IMG/VR virus record: IMGVR_UViG_3300045988_134784
Location: 1-33,611 of that record
Source: a virus
DNA length: 33,611 nt
Strand: one strand, 5' to 3'
Both the position numbers and the translations under genes were made by a program. The first letter of the stretch is position 1. The number at the start of each line of letters is the position of its first letter. Positions 30,202 through 33,611 of the stretch are shown here, in pieces. The notes under the pieces are model-generated. The model was given only the letters and a program-made list of their open reading frames with translations, had not been told where the DNA came from and did no database searches.

Positions 30202-30215
30202 AAATATTATATTTG
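30184..30215 (+). promoter_or_regulatory. Bacteroidota-type promoter candidate (TTTG-N20-TATATTTG) overlapping the helicase stop
   Basis: TTTG at 30184-30187 and TATATTTG at 30208-30215. The ATG of the next ORF is 5 nt downstream (30220), implying a leaderless or near-leaderless mRNA. Confidence 0.45.
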
Positions 30216-30219
30216 TGAT

Positions 30220-30381
30220 ATGGAAGGTGATATTAAAGAAACAATTAAACAAACAGAAGAGTATATTAAAGAATTAGATAAATGAATACTCGAATGTAAA
30301 GAATCTACTAAAAGATTTGGTGATATTATAGATAAAGTATTAAAAGATAAAGATTATATGTTTATTTCTAAATTTGATTAA
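30220..30381 (+). CDS. hypothetical small protein (53 aa, 1 sense TGA)
   Basis: Product MEGDIKETIKQTEEYIKELDK[W]ILECKESTKRFGDIIDKVLKDKDYMFISKFD. TGA 30283-30285, TAA 30379-30381. Confidence 0.45.
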
Positions 30382-30383
30382 TT

Positions 30384-30524
30384 ATGAATGATTATTTATT
30401 TAAAAAACTTGAAGAACTAGAATATAGAATAGTTCAATTAGAAAACCAGAATAGAGGTTTAGTCTGGGAAGAAGTAGAAGAAATGCCAAAACCAGAAATT
30501 TCTAATGCAACTTATATTGACTAA
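30384..30524 (+). CDS. hypothetical small coiled-coil protein (46 aa)
   Basis: Product MNDYLFKKLEELEYRIVQLENQNRGLVWEEVEEMPKPEISNATYID. It starts 2 nt after the previous stop. Confidence 0.4.
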   Translation: MNDYLFKKLEELEYRIVQLENQNRGLVWEEVEEMPKPEISNATYID

Positions 30525-30525
30525 T

Positions 30526-30669
30526 ATGAAATATCAAACATATAAAGTATGTATAAACGGAGTGTATTATGTATATGTAATACCAGAGAATAGTAAGTTT
30601 TTAGTAGACTTACAAACAGGAGATCTAATACCTAAAGAAGATGAGAAATTATTTGAGATAATGGAATAA
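30526..30669 (+). CDS. hypothetical small protein (47 aa)
   Basis: Product MKYQTYKVCINGVYYVYVIPENSKFLVDLQTGDLIPKEDEKLFEIME. It starts 1 nt after the previous stop and is followed by the strong terminator. Confidence 0.4.
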   Translation: MKYQTYKVCINGVYYVYVIPENSKFLVDLQTGDLIPKEDEKLFEIME

Positions 30670-30672
30670 ACA

Positions 30673-30707
30673 AAAAGGAGGGTTATTTGCCCTCCTTTTC
30701 TTTTTTA
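30673..30707. terminator. bidirectional rho-independent-type terminator between the convergent units
   Basis: Perfect 10-bp stem aaaaggaggg (30673-30682) / ccctcctttt (30690-30699) with a 7-nt loop, then cttttttatt. In the reverse direction the stem is followed by tttttg. It sits between TAA 30669 (+) and TAA 30708 (-). Confidence 0.8.
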
Positions 30708-31277
30708 TTAAACATATCTTCACTTGAATCCTTTAGCTGTATTTGCTAATCCACCACATACTCTACTAATAGCTCCTCTATCAGTTCCTACAGATTTGGC
30801 TGCTTCTGTGCAACTTTCATACTCTTGAATAAAATTACCATCTAAATCATACTGAGCTACTTTACGACATCTTTGTTTGTTATGAGCATCTACTTTATCT
30901 CTTCAAGATTCTGGGCAATTATGTTTCTTTCCCTTATTAGAATTAGACAGTTTCTTCTTTCATTCAGAATTAAATTTGACTCCGTAATTGCCTCCTTCTC
31001 CTCCAGGTTTCAAATTTAAACACATAGGATCAGTGTCCCATTTATCTCCAATTAGTTTGTATTCTAATTTAGATAATTCATCTGCATTAGTGCAAGTTGC
31101 CAAAATAATCTTTTGGTATGCATTAGGGAATCTTTTGTAATAATTAGTAATAATCCTTCCTGATCCTTTATATGGATCTTTATTTATGTCTTTACCTCTA
31201 TAAATCCTTTTCCCAATATAATACTTGCCTCTTAATGTACCTGCAGTTAAAATTATTTTATAACAATAGTAAAACAT
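30708..31277 (-). CDS. free-standing GIY-YIG homing endonuclease #5 (189 aa, 3 sense TGA)
   Basis: Track ORF 30960-31277 (YCYKIILTAGTLRGKYYIGKR...NLKPGGEGG) continues through TGAs at 30960, 30903 and 30720 (...NSE[W]KKKLSNSNKGKKHNCPES[W]RDKV...AQYDLDGNFIQEYESCTEAAKSVG...AKGFK[W]RYV) to TAA 30708-30710. The start overlaps the endolysin stop as TAATG. Confidence 0.9.
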
Positions 31278-31729
31278 TATATAATAGTAAATTTCTGTCG
31301 TCTTTGCATCCCGTCTTTATTCTTTAATCCCAAGTGTATTCAACTTGCTATACCATTCTTAGGCTTTTCATATATCAACTGGTCTCAATTTAATTCTTCA
31401 ATAGCTTCAGCAATCCAACTTTGGAATACTTTCATATTACCATTAATTGGAGATATATCTGCTGCATACCCTGTTAAATGAGCAGAAGTTGAAGATCCTC
31501 CCACTGCTTTATTAAGCTCCTTATTCCTAAAACCAGAGGAAATCCTGATGCCTGCATTGCCAAGCTGATTGTCATCACAATACTTTGCCCATCTATCTCT
31601 TATTGGGTCTAAAAGCTTCTCGACCAACTCTATTAGGTGCTCTGTTATACTCTCATCTGGAGTGTTATTTATATGCTTAATTGAAGCAGTATCAGATCTT
31701 GTTAATTCTTCGAGTGTGAAATACTTCAT
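31277..31729 (-). CDS. peptidase M15 (D-Ala-D-Ala carboxypeptidase / L-Ala-D-Glu peptidase type) endolysin (150 aa, 2 sense TGA)
   Basis: RISSGFRNKELNKAVGGSSTSAHLTGYAADI is the SxHxxGxAxD zinc-site pattern. It continues through TGA 31385 and TGA 31340 (...NGIAS[W]IHLGLKN...) to TAA 31277-31279. Confidence 0.8.
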
Positions 31730-31887
31730 TATTTATATGAATTATGCAGTTTATAAAGATAAATAAAATAGCACACTGCTCCAAATAACGTTAAACTAAT
31801 AGTAATCCAAAAAGGAATTACTTTAATTAACAAAAATGCAATCATTAATAGTACAACTACTATTACATATTTTAACCAATATTTCAT
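31729..31887 (-). CDS. putative holin (52 aa, two TM helices); below track cut-off
   Basis: Product MKYWLKYVIVVVLLMIAFLLIKVIPFWITISLTLFGAVCYFIYLYKLHNSYK. Its stop overlaps the endolysin ATG as TAATG. Confidence 0.55.
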   Translation of the reverse strand: MKYWLKYVIVVVLLMIAFLLIKVIPFWITISLTLFGAVCYFIYLYKLHNSYK

Positions 31888-31888
31888 A

Positions 31889-32545
31889 TTATATTTTATT
31901 TAAAATTATACTTATCTGTATTCCAGCTCTTCTTAGATGTACTCAAGTATCATAAGGCATAGGTGTATCACAGAATGATAAACCTAAAATGCCAATATCT
32001 TTATCCTCAGTCTTTAAATAAAATACTGCTATTTCATTCACTCTGTTGGATTTAAATGCATAATATAATCTTGGATCATCTGCTTCTAAACTATCTATAT
32101 TACCAAACCATCCATCATTCTTAGAAAACTCTATAATTGAAGTATAGTCAGATAACAGGAAATTTTTATAATGGCTACTTACAGATCGTATTCCTGGTTT
32201 AACTTCCTCGGCATTCATTACTCCATAAGTAAACGGAAGTCCTCCTAATCCAGTAGTTCCATTATGATATTCAATAACCCAAGCTCTATCAGCATTGGTA
32301 CTTTGAAGCAATTCTTTAAGCTTATATTTAATCTTTAAAGTTGCTTCATTTCTTGCAATAGTTTTAGAATTGTGAGTTTGTTCAATATAGGTTACAACCT
32401 TATTATAAACAATAGAGGGATTAAGTGTAATAACCATTACATAGGATATAAATATTAATCCAATCCCTGCTTTAAATATCTTTAGTAATCCATATTTATC
32501 AACCCATTCTAATACTTTACCAAACCAATTTAATTTATTTTCCAT
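31889..32545 (-). CDS. membrane-anchored hypothetical protein (218 aa, 1 sense TGA)
   Basis: Track ORF 31943-32545 plus a 17-codon extension through TGA 31943-31945 to TAA 31889-31891. One N-terminal TM helix (AGIGLIFISYVMVITL); the globular domain is unassigned. Confidence 0.6.
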
Positions 32546-33126
32546 TACATATATTTGAAAGTGTATCCATAAGTTTGTTTTTGTTTACCTTTTAAAACAG
32601 CACATATTAAACAGCTGCTAATATTTAATTCTCTTGAAGCTGCTCTTATACTTTTATAGGATTTAACAAAATTACCATTTAAATCATACTGAGAAATTGC
32701 TTTAGTTCTATTATTTTGATTTTTCTTACTAATAATAGATTTAGTTTCCTCAGAATGGTGTCTACCGTAAAATGGATTCTTATTTCCAATTCTTGTTTTG
32801 GCAAACTCAGAGATAATTTTCTTAGTTTCTTTAGAAATAACGGGATGATTATTAGAATCTGTTCTATTGTAGCCAAATCGTAAATCAGTTGTATTATAAT
32901 AACCAAATAGATATTTTTCAAGATATTTCATTTCTGATTCACTATCTACATAATATACAGTATGTTGAATATTATCTCAACCATATTTCTTAATTGGTTT
33001 ATATACAAACTGATCTTTATAACCATCGCCATTTTTTCATCTATAATTAATCTCTTGAGTTGTTAATCCTACGTACCTTTTTCCATTAGGAAATATATGT
33101 ACATAAACTACATACTGTCTTCACAT
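32545..33126 (-). CDS. free-standing GIY-YIG homing endonuclease #6 (193 aa, 3 sense TGA)
   Basis: ATG 33124-33126. M[W]RQYVVYVHIFPNGKRYVGLTTQEINYR[W]KNGDGYKDQFVYKPIKKYG[W]DNIQHTV... with TGAs at 33121, 33037 and 32977, then the track ORF 32545-32931 (NKNPFYGRHHSEETK...QYDLNGNFVKSY...YGYTFKYM). Confidence 0.9.
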
Positions 33127-33533
33127 ACTCCAATAATATTGTCAACTTGGAAATCAGCTCTAACAAACACTCCACAGGTAATATCTTTGAACTTTTGATA
33201 GAATGGAGTAAAAATTAAAGGATAAGAAATATCAACTTCTGGATATTGGTTATTAAATCGGTTAATTATATTAGTTAATGCTAATATTCCAGCTGATTGC
33301 TCTTCAAGCTGATTATTATCAGTCTCATCCCATCTTGATACGAAGTATAGGTTTAAAGAGTAAGTAATAGTATCTTCATCTACACTAAAAGTATTAGGTG
33401 TTATATAGAACACATTATACTCAATAGTTGGTAAGCTATTTAACTCATAAATATCTTTACTTCCTACAAAATTGATGTTTGGCTCTTCTAATGCACAAGC
33501 TTTTAAATTGCTAATTATCTCATAGTAGGTCAT
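33108..33533 (-). CDS. hypothetical virion-module protein (141 aa)
   Basis: Intact ORF, ATG 33531-33533, TAG 33108-33110. No family recognised. Confidence 0.55.
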   Translation of the reverse strand: MTYYEIISNLKACALEEPNINFVGSKDIYELNSLPTIEYNVFYITPNTFSVDEDTITYSLNLYFVSRWDETDNNQLEEQSAGILALTNIINRFNNQYPEVDISYPLIFTPFYQKFKDITCGVFVRADFQVDNIIGVCEDSM

Positions 33534-33535
33534 AA

Positions 33536-33611
33536 TTACTTACTCTTTTTATTGTTACTTGAAGGGAAATCATAAGCTCTTTGAAGAGGCCCCTCTCCAG
33601 GTTTAATGCTC
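33536..33611 (-). CDS. 3' end of the junction-spanning gene listed at 1-669 (33557-33611 duplicates 1-55)
   Basis: The same frame as 1-669 continues ...YDFPSSNNKKSK to TAA 33536-33538, 2 nt before the ATG of the next gene. Confidence 0.6.
   Translation of the reverse strand, partial: SIKPGEGPLQRAYDFPSSNNKKSK
33557..33611. repeat. 55-bp exact terminal direct repeat, copy 2
   Basis: Identical to 1-55. Confidence 0.95.

Noticed and set aside
29571-30252. Minus-strand track ORFs 29571-29975 and 29998-30252 inside or after the helicase gene, and 32679-32921 inside GIY-YIG #6.
   Set aside because: They are antisense or alternative-frame shadows with low-complexity hydrophobic products, overlapping a gene with clear helicase or endonuclease motifs.
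653-33126. Whether the homing endonucleases are intron-encoded (group I introns splitting structural genes).
   Set aside because: The flanking genes are complete on each side and are translationally coupled or overlapping with the endonuclease ORFs (for example TAATG at 11135 and 31277, and a 4-nt gap at 2319-2322). No non-coding intron-like flanks are present.
1-33611. UGA decoded as Gly (translation table 25, as in Absconditabacteria/Gracilibacteria and their phages), or as selenocysteine.
   Set aside because: The TGA columns coincide with family-invariant Trp positions (GIY-YIG RW, KYGW, GFxWxY; CxWC) and with TGG in in-genome paralogues, not with Gly. About 50 sites with no SECIS-like context rule out Sec. 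A formal codon-inference run is still desirable.
1-33611. A search for tRNA genes, CRISPR repeats, integrase or transposase genes, and reverse transcriptase or DGR elements.
   Set aside because: No T-loop/acceptor-like GTTC(G/A)A-containing cloverleaf candidates were seen. I also saw no regularly spaced repeats and no recombinase or RT motifs in any frame (with TGA read as Trp). This was by eye only, so a tRNAscan-type check is still advised.

Overview
This window is a complete, circularly closed genome of an AT-rich tailed dsDNA phage. The first 55 nt equal the last 55 nt, so the unit length is 33,556 bp. The supplied standard-code ORF track fragments it badly. Almost every break is an in-frame TGA, and reading TGA as Trp (translation table 4) fuses the fragments into about 47 tightly packed genes. 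By hand count there are 51 sense TGAs in 25 genes, and every terminator I could place is TAA or, three times, TAG. One long minus-strand unit runs 27598 -> 1 -> (wrap) -> 30708. It carries small early-type genes, two HNH endonucleases flanking a two-ORF sigma-like pair, TerS/TerL, large BACON/Ig-like tail proteins, a tape-measure-like protein, an XkdF-type protease, scaffold, major capsid, tail fibres (including two BspA/DUF285-type LRR paralogues), portal, and holin plus M15 endolysin. A short plus-strand unit runs 27753 -> 30669 and carries a T5orf172/HTH protein, an SF2 helicase and three tiny ORFs. The two units are separated by a divergent promoter region and a convergent bidirectional terminator. 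Six free-standing GIY-YIG and two HNH homing-endonuclease genes occupy about one seventh of the genome. I saw no tRNA, rRNA, CRISPR array, integrase or transposase. All calls rest on hand translation and remembered family motifs; no database search or folding program was available, so family names are provisional and start codons are approximate.
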